A stretch of 32,000 bases of DNA from an uncultured Candidatus Nitrosopumilus sp. (GCA_951812655.1 OX638319.1:1155620-1187619), one strand, 5' to 3'; shown: positions 8,704 through 17,567, numbered from the stretch's first letter. Made by a program: numbers and translations. Notes: generated by a model from the letters alone, not told the origin.

Positions 8704-9514
8704 TTTTACAGCTGCCATCGGTATTTTGCAACTTTCTTGCCATGATGTATGGTGTGATAAATAACACTGGGATTGATACGGCGATGAATAATGTCTGCAT
8801 CTGGGTCAGTGCAATCGACAGTGCAATTCCGCTAGCAGTTCCTATGAATACTGACATGAATGAACCCGCACATGTGGGACATGCAATGAACAGTCCAGCT
8901 ATGGATCCAATTGTGCTCATTCCTCTGTCTTTTTTTGATATTCTAAACGCACTTACAGCTATTGCTGTATTCAGTCCCACCAAGTATGACACAATTACTT
9001 GTAACACCAAATTAATCGGAATGATTTGGAGTCCCACGTGCTCTGTCAGATAGACGATTATTTTTGGCATGTATCCCGGTCCGTCGCAACACGGTGCAAT
9101 AAACCCTGACGGGATGGTGGCACCGTAATGAATTGCAAAGTCCACTTCTGGTTGGTATACGAGAGTTCCGGAAACTAGTGAAAAGAAAATGCCGTACCCA
9201 ATAAACGTAATCACGAAGATTTTCCGAGATCTTGGATTCCATGTGATGATTGCGATTATTGTCGAGAGATCCCTGCCGTTGATTTCCACTTTCTCTTTGT
9301 GATATCTATACATTCCAAATGCAATGGCTCCAAACGAGACAATGAGAATCACGTAAAACCAGTGGGCGATTCGTTGAATTGAATCCATTGCACTGGGAGT
9401 CAAAAGTTCTGGATCTTGATATCTTCCGTAGATTAAAAATAGAATTGCGATTGACACAAATCCTATCACGACTAGTCTTTTTCCTCTGTTGGAACTTTTT
9501 GCCGTTGAACCCAT
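8690..9514 (-). CDS. Integral membrane protein (274 aa, about 6 TM) with PCCDGPG and ACPTCAG cysteine motifs
   Basis: Six hydrophobic segments. A CC pair lies in a loop and a CxxC lies inside a TM helix. Family not assigned. Confidence 0.75.
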   Translation of the reverse strand: MGSTAKSSNRGKRLVVIGFVSIAILFLIYGRYQDPELLTPSAMDSIQRIAHWFYVILIVSFGAIAFGMYRYHKEKVEINGRDLSTIIAIITWNPRSRKIFVITFIGYGIFFSLVSGTLVYQPEVDFAIHYGATIPSGFIAPCCDGPGYMPKIIVYLTEHVGLQIIPINLVLQVIVSYLVGLNTAIAVSAFRISKKDRGMSTIGSIAGLFIACPTCAGSFMSVFIGTASGIALSIALTQMQTLFIAVSIPVLFITPYIMARKLQNTDGSCKINPG

Positions 9515-9641
9515 TAGTATGGATTTTTCACCTGTAGAATTAAATCCTTTTTTCAGTTCGTGTAGATTTGGCGAATAGTTGAGTTGTTGTTTTAATATCT
9601 GCCATCGCTGAATGTGGATCCCCGTGTCTCTTCAGCCTACG

Positions 9642-9649
9642 TTTAATAT
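9642..9649 (+). promoter_or_regulatory. TATA-like box (TTTAATAT) for the 9671 gene
   Basis: Starts 29 nt upstream of the ATG at 9671. Confidence 0.35.
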
Positions 9650-9670
9650 CCATTAGATCAAAAATTTGTC

Positions 9671-11128
9671 ATGAAAACTGCCCTAATGCTTTCTGTTTTG
9701 ATGATTTTCATTGGATTTACAGGCATGGCATTTGCCCAAAATTCTGCAGGAGTAGATGTGGATGGTAGTTGGTATTTGGGCGAGGGACTCAAGGATGGAG
9801 ACTATTTTGAGTATACGTTATGTGAAATCGATCTTAATGCCTGCTCGCCTATTGAGTTGAAAATTTGGATAAAGGGGGAAATTCAAAATGTCAGTGAGAC
9901 GTTATGGAATGCCCAGATATTGGTAATTGATGGGGATAAGACCATCAAAGGTTCCTGGGGATTAGGAAAAATTGTTCCAACTCCAATCACTTTCGATGAT
10001 GATCTGGCTGATTATGCTGTGGCGTTCAAGTCGTCTATTGCATGGCTTTCATCATATGCTACATCAAATGAGAATGACAGAATTCATGGACCTCAGGATT
10101 TTCGCAGTATCTCGTGGGGCTCCCTAGGTCCTGTTGGCGGGGGACTGGAGTCTCATCTAGTTCCTAGCAGAACAGAATCTGTAATACTTCCAAATGGACC
10201 AGTTGATGCGATAGTTCTCGGATGGTACAATGACAATGATAACGAGATATGGATAGTGGATGAATTCCCATTCCCAGTAAAGGCTCTGACTTTTGCAGGG
10301 ATAAACTCTGACAGTGTGCCTGTAATGTTTGAGTTTGACCTTGTTAACTCTGAAGAGGGAATCGTGATGGATCCTTTTTCAAGCATTGACGAAACAATAC
10401 AACAATCACAACTGCTTCAATGCGATACTGATTTCTTTGATTATGTAAGTGACCGGGTTTCAACTAGTTCGTACTCTATGATGGTGCAGTACAATTATTC
10501 TCCGGTATCTCCTGTGAACGGATGCGACATGGATTGGAAGATCTACTTTTACAGTAAATTCAATGAAATTGAAATTCTTGATCAAGTGAATTATGATATT
10601 TGGATAGTAGATGAAAATGATAACAAAAAATATTCGTATGCAGAATCTATTGGAAAAGAAAAGCTGTTCAATGAATTTGGTCAGGTAGAACACGTGTTGC
10701 CCGTTAAAGAATCAGGATTGATCAGATATGCAATTTTCGTACACGGCCTGGGTCCTGAAGATGATGTAAACGAGGAATTTGAGGGATATGCTATTGTCGA
10801 AATACCCGTTGAAAAAAATCTGTTGCTTGAGAACTCTGAGGTCGATCCTGAATTGGCCATTCCAAGCTGGATAAAGAACAATGCTGGGTGGTGGGCTGAC
10901 GGACAAATAGATGACAATGCGTTTGTTTCAGGAATTCAGTTCCTGATCAACGAGAAAATACTTCAGATTCATCATATCGGACATGACGTTGTACCTGATC
11001 CTGAATTGGCCATTCCAAGCTGGATAAAGAACAATGCTGGGTGGTGGGCTGACGGACAAATAGATGACAATGCGTTTGTTTCAGGAATAAAATACCTGAT
11101 AGAAAATGGAATTGTTGCCATCTCCTAG
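9671..11128 (+). CDS. Secreted protein (485 aa) with two C-terminal WIKNNAGWWADGQIDD modules
   Basis: Signal peptide MKTALMLSVLMIFIGFTGMAFA/QN. The C-terminus carries two copies of DPELAIPSWIKNNAGWWADGQIDDNAFVSGI. Confidence 0.8.
   Translation: MKTALMLSVLMIFIGFTGMAFAQNSAGVDVDGSWYLGEGLKDGDYFEYTLCEIDLNACSPIELKIWIKGEIQNVSETLWNAQILVIDGDKTIKGSWGLGKIVPTPITFDDDLADYAVAFKSSIAWLSSYATSNENDRIHGPQDFRSISWGSLGPVGGGLESHLVPSRTESVILPNGPVDAIVLGWYNDNDNEIWIVDEFPFPVKALTFAGINSDSVPVMFEFDLVNSEEGIVMDPFSSIDETIQQSQLLQCDTDFFDYVSDRVSTSSYSMMVQYNYSPVSPVNGCDMDWKIYFYSKFNEIEILDQVNYDIWIVDENDNKKYSYAESIGKEKLFNEFGQVEHVLPVKESGLIRYAIFVHGLGPEDDVNEEFEGYAIVEIPVEKNLLLENSEVDPELAIPSWIKNNAGWWADGQIDDNAFVSGIQFLINEKILQIHHIGHDVVPDPELAIPSWIKNNAGWWADGQIDDNAFVSGIKYLIENGIVAIS
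10844..11088 (+). repeat. Perfect 92-bp direct repeat (10844-10935 and 10997-11088), period 153 bp
   Basis: A base-by-base comparison shows the two copies are identical. They encode the duplicated C-terminal module. Confidence 0.95.
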
Positions 11129-11241
11129 TTCCTAACCGTATGCTATACTTGGCAGAATTGGAAATTTCATAACTCTAAACCTGCATCAGAATACATCAAT
11201 CCGGTCAGTCCTGTAATGTCTTCACATAATTGTTTCAATTC

Positions 11242-13056
11242 TCAGCTGAGTCTTGGGACGAATATGTAGATGATGGCGATGATTTCCAATCTTCCAAATA
11301 TCATCAGAAATCCTAATACGATTTTTGTCGCAGGATCCGTGTCAAAGTCAATCACTCCAGCTGATAGGCCCCCTGTGGTAATTACTCCTGCCGCTTCAAA
11401 GAATGCGTCTTGGAATGGCACATCTTCAATCTCTGCAAGGTGCATCCCCGTGATTGCTGAAATTGTGGGAAATAGCGCAATAATGATCAATGTGGACGTA
11501 ACTTCTTTTTTTGATTGGCTGGACAGTTCCGCTCTTTTTACCTTGTTAAATAATGCCCTTACGTCTCTCAAGTGGAATATTCTGAATATTTTCAAACCTC
11601 CTGCTGTGGAGAATCCGCACCCTCCTATGAACATCAAAATTATCAAAATTGCATGAGCTCCTCCATTTAGTCCTGCAAGGCTGTCTATCTGAAGTCCCGC
11701 AGTAGTACTGGCTGACACCGAATAAAATGCACTTTGCATGGGATCCAATCCACTAATTGCAAGGAACAAAATCGTCGCACTGCCCAAAATTGCAAAATAT
11801 GCTAAAACCTCCTTTCCAAGTTTTGGTGAAAGGAATTTTTTTCTTACAAATGCATAATGGAATGTAAATGGCAATGCGCCCAATATCATGGCTCCCATCA
11901 GGATTATGTGCTCCTGCCAGACCAGGTCCACAAGAATCGTGGATGTGGGAGTAAATCCTCCCGTGGCAAGAGTGCTCATGGCCAGCGAGAAATTATCTAT
12001 GATGTTTCTCTCACCAAACAGGTACAGTAGAGTTGCAACAATTATGATGTAAATCGTAAAGATTACTGTAATTGTGAGGAATAGCTCTTTCATATGAAGA
12101 GTTCTTCCTGAAATGAAACCTCTCATTGACTGTAGTTTTGATTCGGGATAAAATGCTGTAATTACCAGGTAAATGAAACTCATTCCTCCTACAAGCTGTG
12201 TGTAACTTCGAAAGAACGTGAAGCTCTGAGACAGCTCTTCGGGCTCATCAAACAACGATATGCCTCCTGTTGTAAACCCTGCAGCACTCGAAAAGAATGC
12301 GTTACTAAATACTTCTACGGGGGTCTCATCGCTTGGAAAAACATACAGGTACGGCACAGTTCCAAATAGCGAGAGCAAAAACAGGCTTGAAAACACCAGT
12401 ATCGACGCTTGTTGCAAGTTAAGACTGGATTTTTCGCCATAAGAGTTCAGAAAGAATCCTGTGACCAGTAAAAGCACTGTGGTAAGATAAATTCCCGTGG
12501 CAGTTAACGTGTCCTCTAATACAGTTGCAAGAATTGCAGGTACCAGTAGAAGCACTCCTGCAAATTGTAACACAAAACCCAGATTACCTAAAACTGCCTT
12601 TACTGGAGGACTAAGGAGGCGAGGTGCTGTGGCCGTTGCATCTCTGATCACGTTTGCAATTACTGTTTGGAAGATCATTCCTACGACTTGATTTTTCTTT
12701 GATATGACCGGCAGCTTCCTAATGTTATTGTCTCGCATCTTGTGTAATGCATCTTGCAATGTTGATTTTTCATTGATTGTAATAAGCGGCGTGCTCATGA
12801 CGTCTTTAAGATGTGTAGCTTCTGCGTAAACTGTCACATCACTGACTTTACTCAAAATGTCTTCGTCGGTGACGATTCCAACTGCAAGGTTATTTTCGTC
12901 GGTGACAATTATGTCGTCTGTCTCATAATGTCGTAACATTCTTGCAGCTTCCCTGGTTTGTGTTTTTGAACTGAGTATGAGGACATCCTTGTCCATATAT
13001 TCGGAAACGTACTTACTCAGGACATATGATACGGCACGTTCAGGGTTTGTCGACAT
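11242..13056 (-). CDS. trkH: TrkH/KtrB-family cation (K+) transporter with N-terminal CBS-domain pair (604 aa)
   Basis: Four glycine-containing P-loop segments (GFTTGG, LATGGFTP, STTAGLQ, ITTGGLS) lie within about 10 TM helices. The N-terminal 140 aa have tandem CBS patterns (IIVTDENNLAVGIVTDEDIL, IRKLPVISKKNQVVGMI). Confidence 0.9.
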   Translation of the reverse strand: MSTNPERAVSYVLSKYVSEYMDKDVLILSSKTQTREAARMLRHYETDDIIVTDENNLAVGIVTDEDILSKVSDVTVYAEATHLKDVMSTPLITINEKSTLQDALHKMRDNNIRKLPVISKKNQVVGMIFQTVIANVIRDATATAPRLLSPPVKAVLGNLGFVLQFAGVLLLVPAILATVLEDTLTATGIYLTTVLLLVTGFFLNSYGEKSSLNLQQASILVFSSLFLLSLFGTVPYLYVFPSDETPVEVFSNAFFSSAAGFTTGGISLFDEPEELSQSFTFFRSYTQLVGGMSFIYLVITAFYPESKLQSMRGFISGRTLHMKELFLTITVIFTIYIIIVATLLYLFGERNIIDNFSLAMSTLATGGFTPTSTILVDLVWQEHIILMGAMILGALPFTFHYAFVRKKFLSPKLGKEVLAYFAILGSATILFLAISGLDPMQSAFYSVSASTTAGLQIDSLAGLNGGAHAILIILMFIGGCGFSTAGGLKIFRIFHLRDVRALFNKVKRAELSSQSKKEVTSTLIIIALFPTISAITGMHLAEIEDVPFQDAFFEAAGVITTGGLSAGVIDFDTDPATKIVLGFLMIFGRLEIIAIIYIFVPRLS

Positions 13057-13197
13057 TAAGCTTCTCTTAGTTTCTGATTTTAAATAATTTGGGGTTTATT
13101 GGAATGGTCTGATCGTTAAGCAGTTCTGTCTTTAATTCCTGTGAGGGAATCTGAGACGTGAACCTTGCTATCTTTATAAGCACTGGATGGGAAGTTT

Positions 13198-13635
13198 ATG
13201 CGTAATAATATGGAAATTGATCAAGTACAAGATCCTGATTATGATTCTGTAAAAATTGGCTATGTTGGATTCGTTGATCCATACGCCGTAGAAGGAATGG
13301 TGGTTCTAAAAGCAGACAATGGAAAGGAGTTTCACATGCGGGCATTTTCTGGGGAGGTAGCCCGACATATTTCCAGCTTTGGAGAGGCTGAAGGAGAGGC
13401 ACCCCCGTCTATTTATAAAATGATTGAGGAAATTTGCGAGCAAAATGAGCTGATACTTGTCAAGGTGAAAATCTATGAGAGCGGCGAGGTTCTGAGAGCA
13501 AACCTGTACTTTACTGGCAAGAAGGATCTTGTTTTGAGAAATTACCGTGCATCTGATGCCATGGCTTTGGGGGCATTTTACAATATTCCTATTCTTGTCA
13601 GAAAAAATCTTCTTAAAGAAAGCATGGAGGCATGA
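13198..13635 (+). CDS. Bifunctional nuclease domain (DUF151/BFN) protein, 145 aa
   Basis: The C-terminal RASDAMALGAFYNIPILVRKNLL matches the RpSDAiaLAlr...PI.V signature. The overall length also fits. Confidence 0.7.
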   Translation: MRNNMEIDQVQDPDYDSVKIGYVGFVDPYAVEGMVVLKADNGKEFHMRAFSGEVARHISSFGEAEGEAPPSIYKMIEEICEQNELILVKVKIYESGEVLRANLYFTGKKDLVLRNYRASDAMALGAFYNIPILVRKNLLKESMEA

Positions 13636-13694
13636 TCAAACAGTCTGTGGCTATGTTTGGAATGGTTTTATTCCAGACAACCCTGTGAATATAT

Positions 13695-13880
13695 GTGAGT
13701 ACGCAAGAAGAACTGATGAATAATTTACTAAATGTTGATCTTGAAATAATTGACGTGGTTAGAGAGCTTCAGCATCAGAACTGGGAGTCTTCCTCGTTAA
13801 AAGATCAGGTGGGGGATTTGCTGAAGATTCGTGACGAAATGGTTCAAAAACTGATGTCTCAAAATGGAAATGCTGATTAA
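13695..13880 (+). CDS. Hypothetical small helical protein (61 aa, GTG start)
   Basis: ORF with charged, helical composition. Confidence 0.4.
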   Translation: MSTQEELMNNLLNVDLEIIDVVRELQHQNWESSSLKDQVGDLLKIRDEMVQKLMSQNGNAD

Positions 13881-13913
13881 TGTGGATGTGGTCATGAACA
13901 TGCTCATGAATAG

Positions 13914-14117
13914 CTAGTATTCATCTTCGAAAAAACCCTCTGGGAACATTTTCTTAATCTTCTTAATCTCTAATCGGTATTCTTGGATTTTTAATTCCAT
14001 TTCTTCCATTTCACTTTCGTTTGTTGTTTCTCTTTGTAGTTCAAGATGTTTGATTTTTTTTGAAAGCGTTTTGTACATTATGGAATATTCTGGAAATCCC
14101 TTGGGTAATTTTTCCAT
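13914..14117 (-). CDS. Small coiled-coil-like protein (67 aa), paralogue-like of 6917-7156
   Basis: The YKTLSKKI...IKKMFPE pattern is colinear with the 79-aa ORF at 6917-7156. Confidence 0.5.
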   Translation of the reverse strand: MEKLPKGFPEYSIMYKTLSKKIKHLELQRETTNESEMEEMELKIQEYRLEIKKIKKMFPEGFFEDEY

Positions 14118-14231
14118 ATGTGTATTCGTAACATGTCTCTGTTTTTAAAACGTGCTTCATAATTCGGCAATTTCATCATCTATCAGTATAGCTTAGAAGG
14201 TTGATTAATCATCAGCAACAATTTCTATACT

Positions 14232-14552
14232 ATGTCGGCATATTATAATCTGATACAAAAAAATCAGAACCTTTTTGAGAAGATGATTTGTATCTTTCTC
14301 ATGGTTAATTTTGAAAAAATCTATCAACGCGTAGCTAGACAAGTGGTTGCGAGATGTCATGGCGCAATCAAAATTACCAAGCATGGAAAAATCATTGAGG
14401 TATATGATACAAAGCGACATATCTGGAGTAACGGTTTGGCAGGATTGATTATCAAAGAGGAATGTAGAAATGAAAATCTGAGGGAATGGGAGTTTGCAAA
14501 TGTGAGAGGATATGTTATCAAAGAATTACTTGGAAAGCATGAAAATCAGTAA
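14232..14552 (+). CDS. Hypothetical protein (106 aa), strand choice uncertain
   Basis: The C-terminal two thirds look protein-like. The competing minus ORF 14205-14420 looks less so. Confidence 0.35.
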   Translation: MSAYYNLIQKNQNLFEKMICIFLMVNFEKIYQRVARQVVARCHGAIKITKHGKIIEVYDTKRHIWSNGLAGLIIKEECRNENLREWEFANVRGYVIKELLGKHENQ

Positions 14553-14812
14553 TCGACTTTTCTGATTAGGTGTGGCTCTTTTAACATTATTGTGTCATCT
14601 CTTAATGATGACAACTCGACTTGTTTGAGATTATGGTTTGTAATCACGATTAGCGCTTCACATCTGGAACATGATATGGTTCTTCCTCCTGATCTTTCCT
14701 CCCTCACAATATCCTTTTCCAATCTGTCCGATTTTTGACAAGTGGGACAAAGTAAGGGCTCTTTCAGAATCGTGATTATTTCCTTAATGAAAATCATCTT
14801 TCCCATTGACAC
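14546..14812 (-). CDS. Zinc-ribbon protein (88 aa)
   Basis: CPTC...(23 aa)...CSRC four-cysteine pattern. Confidence 0.55.
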   Translation of the reverse strand: MSMGKMIFIKEIITILKEPLLCPTCQKSDRLEKDIVREERSGGRTISCSRCEALIVITNHNLKQVELSSLRDDTIMLKEPHLIRKVDY

Positions 14813-15240
14813 ATGTTTGAAAAAAGATAACTAAAGAGTTTGTATTGTTAATTGGTATCAGCAATCCATTCTGAATGTCAAACCGCTTTAATCATTCAAA
14901 ATTAGAACGAATGGTATTCAGTATATTTCCAATCTAACCAATTAACAGAACTCATCAGTTTTTCTTGAAAATATGTTTTTGCAATTCCTTTGTATTATTG
15001 CTTCATTCTTTAGACTCTTTTTTTATTCTGTTTGTGTTAATTTGTTTGGTAAATTTTCAATTGCTCTGACGTCAAATTTTTGATAATTTTTTGAACTTGT
15101 ATTGGTTGCTTCTAACGTTCAAGGATTTAATGGATTAATTGTATCTGTTAATAAATATATATTTTACAATATTTTACATTAATTTATGAAATTAATAGTA
15201 TAAAATCTTAAATACAAATTTATCTTATTGATATTGATGT

Positions 15241-15364
15241 CGTTAGTTACAAAACTTAACGATTAGGTTGCGTAGCCCCGCAGAACGAAAAAGGCAATCA
15301 GACGTTAATACGATCTGACAAAGAGGGGAAATCTCTCAGTGTTCTGCAATTTAGGGGTCTACGC
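15241..15364 (+). ncRNA. Candidate structured ncRNA of unknown class (strand tentative)
   Basis: Predicted helices:
- 5' hairpin at 15241-15261.
- Long closing helix: GCGTAG/CTACGC, CCCC/GGGG and GCAGAAC/GTTCTGC, spanning 15270-15286 with 15341-15364.
- Two internal hairpins: TCAGACG..CGATCTGA, and GAGGG..CTCTC at 15323-15337.

By my count 46 of 95 nt are G/C, against 17 of 120 in the 5' flank. TTAAATA lies at 15208-15214 upstream, and CTTTTAATTTT follows immediately downstream. Confidence 0.4.
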
Positions 15365-15411
15365 CTTTTAATTTTCAGGATTAATCCATGATTTATTAAA
15401 ATCTGTTTTCG

Positions 15412-16503
15412 TTATGTGACGATTTCGTCTAGCCTGTCTTCTTCTTGTGCCCGTCTTATTTCCATGGCAATTCTCCTCCCCACCCCAAATGTCTGGCCAT
15501 ACTGATATTTTGTATACGGACTTGTTGTAGCAACTATTGGGTTTCCTGGAACTCTAAGGGAAACGTCATACACAATCAATTCCAAGTCTTTGGTAATCAC
15601 ACTCTGAAGTGAAAATGGACCTATTATTCCTGGGGCATATTCTTTTTTGACTGCCCTTACAAACTTGTCTCCCATCTTGAAGACTTTTTCAAGAAGTGAT
15701 TCTCTGATGCTTGCAGGAGTGTGGCCTACCTCTATGTTCTGTAAATCAATATCCATCTCCATCTGGTCCTTTGCTGGTAATGCGTTATAGTCATGAATGT
15801 TTGTCTGCAATCTCCTCTCAATTCCTATGAAATCCACCTGATCTGAAATTGGTGTGTGGAAGAAATTAAAGTTCATGTATGTGCCGATTGCCAGTTCTTC
15901 GATGCTTGCTTTTTCTAGGTCTTTTCTTGCTATGACTCCTTGTTTTATCTTGGCTTCTGATTTTTCCTTGTAATCTTTGTATGATGAAACTGTAAAGAAT
16001 GCTCTTTCCAACGGTCTGTTTTTTTCCTGTACCTTCACTATGGATGGCTTGTTGATTCTTTTAGGATCCTTGAACAGCTTGGGATACTTGATTCTTGCTT
16101 TTTCTAGCAGGTAGTACTGCCCTTTTTTTGCTGTTCTTTCCTCTGCTTGGAACAGCTTTCTATTTCCAAAAATTGGTACTTTGAACGAGTTTTCAATTGC
16201 TTTGTATCCTAGGTATACCGTTAATGATCTATGTGGCACTATGATGGTGCTGGAGTCACGCAGCTCTTTTTGAATTTTGGCAGAAGCCATGTCCTTGAAT
16301 TTGTCTATTACTGTAATCTCATCGGCAATTCTTCCAAATCTCTGATATGGTCCTTCTCTTCCCTTTTGACAAAAGACTCTGGTTTGAAAATTCTCATCTT
16401 TTGCACCGTCCATCACTTCTAGTGCAGAATGACTACCTAGAACGCCAATTTTGATGTCTGAGTAGTCGTTTACGATCTTCTTGATTTCCGATGTCTTTAT
16501 CAT
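15412..16503 (-). CDS. purP: 5-formaminoimidazole-4-carboxamide ribonucleotide (FAICAR) synthetase, archaeal PurP
   Basis: GSHSALEVMDGAKDE, IVPHRSLTVYLG, PIFGNRKL, RESLL and GRRIAMEI align with the archaeal PurP (ATP-grasp) pattern. 363 aa. Confidence 0.9.
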   Translation of the reverse strand: MIKTSEIKKIVNDYSDIKIGVLGSHSALEVMDGAKDENFQTRVFCQKGREGPYQRFGRIADEITVIDKFKDMASAKIQKELRDSSTIIVPHRSLTVYLGYKAIENSFKVPIFGNRKLFQAEERTAKKGQYYLLEKARIKYPKLFKDPKRINKPSIVKVQEKNRPLERAFFTVSSYKDYKEKSEAKIKQGVIARKDLEKASIEELAIGTYMNFNFFHTPISDQVDFIGIERRLQTNIHDYNALPAKDQMEMDIDLQNIEVGHTPASIRESLLEKVFKMGDKFVRAVKKEYAPGIIGPFSLQSVITKDLELIVYDVSLRVPGNPIVATTSPYTKYQYGQTFGVGRRIAMEIRRAQEEDRLDEIVT

Positions 16504-16620
16504 ATTATGCCTTGATGTTGGGATCTAATATAGATATTTTTTAAATACGCATCATATTTTGCACAAGATTTTTTTGATTGTAGGACAACCTTGGTTGTGC
16601 TGTACTCGTTTGAGCTTCAA

Positions 16621-16755
16621 ATGATGGGAGTGATTTTTTCAATTGCGATGATCGCTGGTGGTATCTCTTTGTGGATAAAGAGGAGAAAAATTCAAAAAGA
16701 ATTGGAGGCTGCAAATGACGCGTTTGTTGATAATGACAATGCAAAAAATCACTAG
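16621..16755 (+). CDS. Possible small membrane protein (44 aa), below the ORF-track cutoff
   Basis: The translation is MMGVIFSIAMIAGGISLWIKRRKIQKELEAANDAFVDNDNAKNH. That is one TM helix, a positive patch and an acidic tail. Confidence 0.3.
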   Translation: MMGVIFSIAMIAGGISLWIKRRKIQKELEAANDAFVDNDNAKNH

Positions 16756-16847
16756 TTCTGACATTATTCTTACATGATGGAAATGGATACTCTATCTTTT
16801 GTTCAATTTTTCTACTTTTTTTAACGATGCTATGCCTTCTAAGTTTC

Positions 16848-17186
16848 CTAGACATGAACAATTGAACATATGTCTGCACCGAATGTCACTTTGGGCATTG
16901 TTCCTTTCTTGGAATTAAACTGATCAATCAGTTTCATATCTGTCTTCATCTCTGAGTATGGCCTACCTTGCAGAAATGTTCTGTGAGATGACAAACCTGG
17001 TACGCTTATCGTATCTTTAATCTCATCAGAGTAGTAAATGATCAATTTCTGTTTTACATTATCATCCATGTTTATTGTGGATATCGAAATTTCTCCTTTC
17101 AGAACGTAATCGGCACCTGCAAGATTTCGGGTTTTTCGTAGTTCTTTGTATTCGACACCAGTTATGCCTTGAATTCCAAATGCCAT
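16848..17186 (-). CDS. Hypothetical protein (112 aa)
   Basis: ORF with beta-rich, balanced composition. No motif recognised. Confidence 0.55.
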   Translation of the reverse strand: MAFGIQGITGVEYKELRKTRNLAGADYVLKGEISISTINMDDNVKQKLIIYYSDEIKDTISVPGLSSHRTFLQGRPYSEMKTDMKLIDQFNSKKGTMPKVTFGADICSIVHV

Positions 17187-17567
17187 ATGCTGTTCAACTG
17201 CACAATGAATTTAAGACTATTGAACTGATTTTGTTTTGTGCACTTGTTGTGGTGGGTATCTTTTGTATTGGTCTTTTAGAAATTTGAAACATTAAGCTTT
17301 TATACAAATTTTGCAATGTCAGGTATTGTTATCGTCCCCTTAACGATGACGAAACATGGCATCCCAAAGATGTCTAGGAATCAGTTTGGTAGTTTGACAA
17401 ACTATTGGATTGGTTTTACAATTATCTGTCCTTAGGGGTCCTGACGCAGTTTGATTCAAAAATCATATGTTCCCTCTCAAGATATCATATGTGGCCCTTT
17501 TTTGAAATGTTGGCACTATTTTTCGTGCATAGTCATGATAAAATACCCTGGTCTCAAATCGTATGTT

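Noticed and set aside
11270-12691. Plus-strand ORFs 11270-11656, 12260-12442 and 12497-12691 inside the CBS-TrkH gene
   Set aside because: They lie antisense to a 604-aa transporter with clear family motifs, and their sequence is low-complexity.
15241-15364. Possibility that the GC-rich structured element is a tRNA, 5S rRNA, C/D or H/ACA sRNA
   Set aside because: - tRNA: no cloverleaf and no T-loop (GTTCRANYC).
- 5S rRNA: the closing helix is too long and the conserved loop sequences are absent.
- C/D sRNA: no RUGAUGA C box pairs with the CUGA.
- H/ACA sRNA: no ACA box at the appropriate distance.

It is kept only as an unknown-class candidate.
16541-16879. 112-aa minus-strand ORF
   Set aside because: It has non-protein-like composition, overlaps the neighbouring gene's 3' end, and a more plausible micro-ORF lies on the opposite strand.
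17451-17567. 39-aa N-terminal extension of ubiX, and ORF 17405-17629
   Set aside because: The UbiX family starts at MKLVVGITGSTG. The extension is Cys/Phe/Tyr-rich and unlike any UbiX N-terminus.
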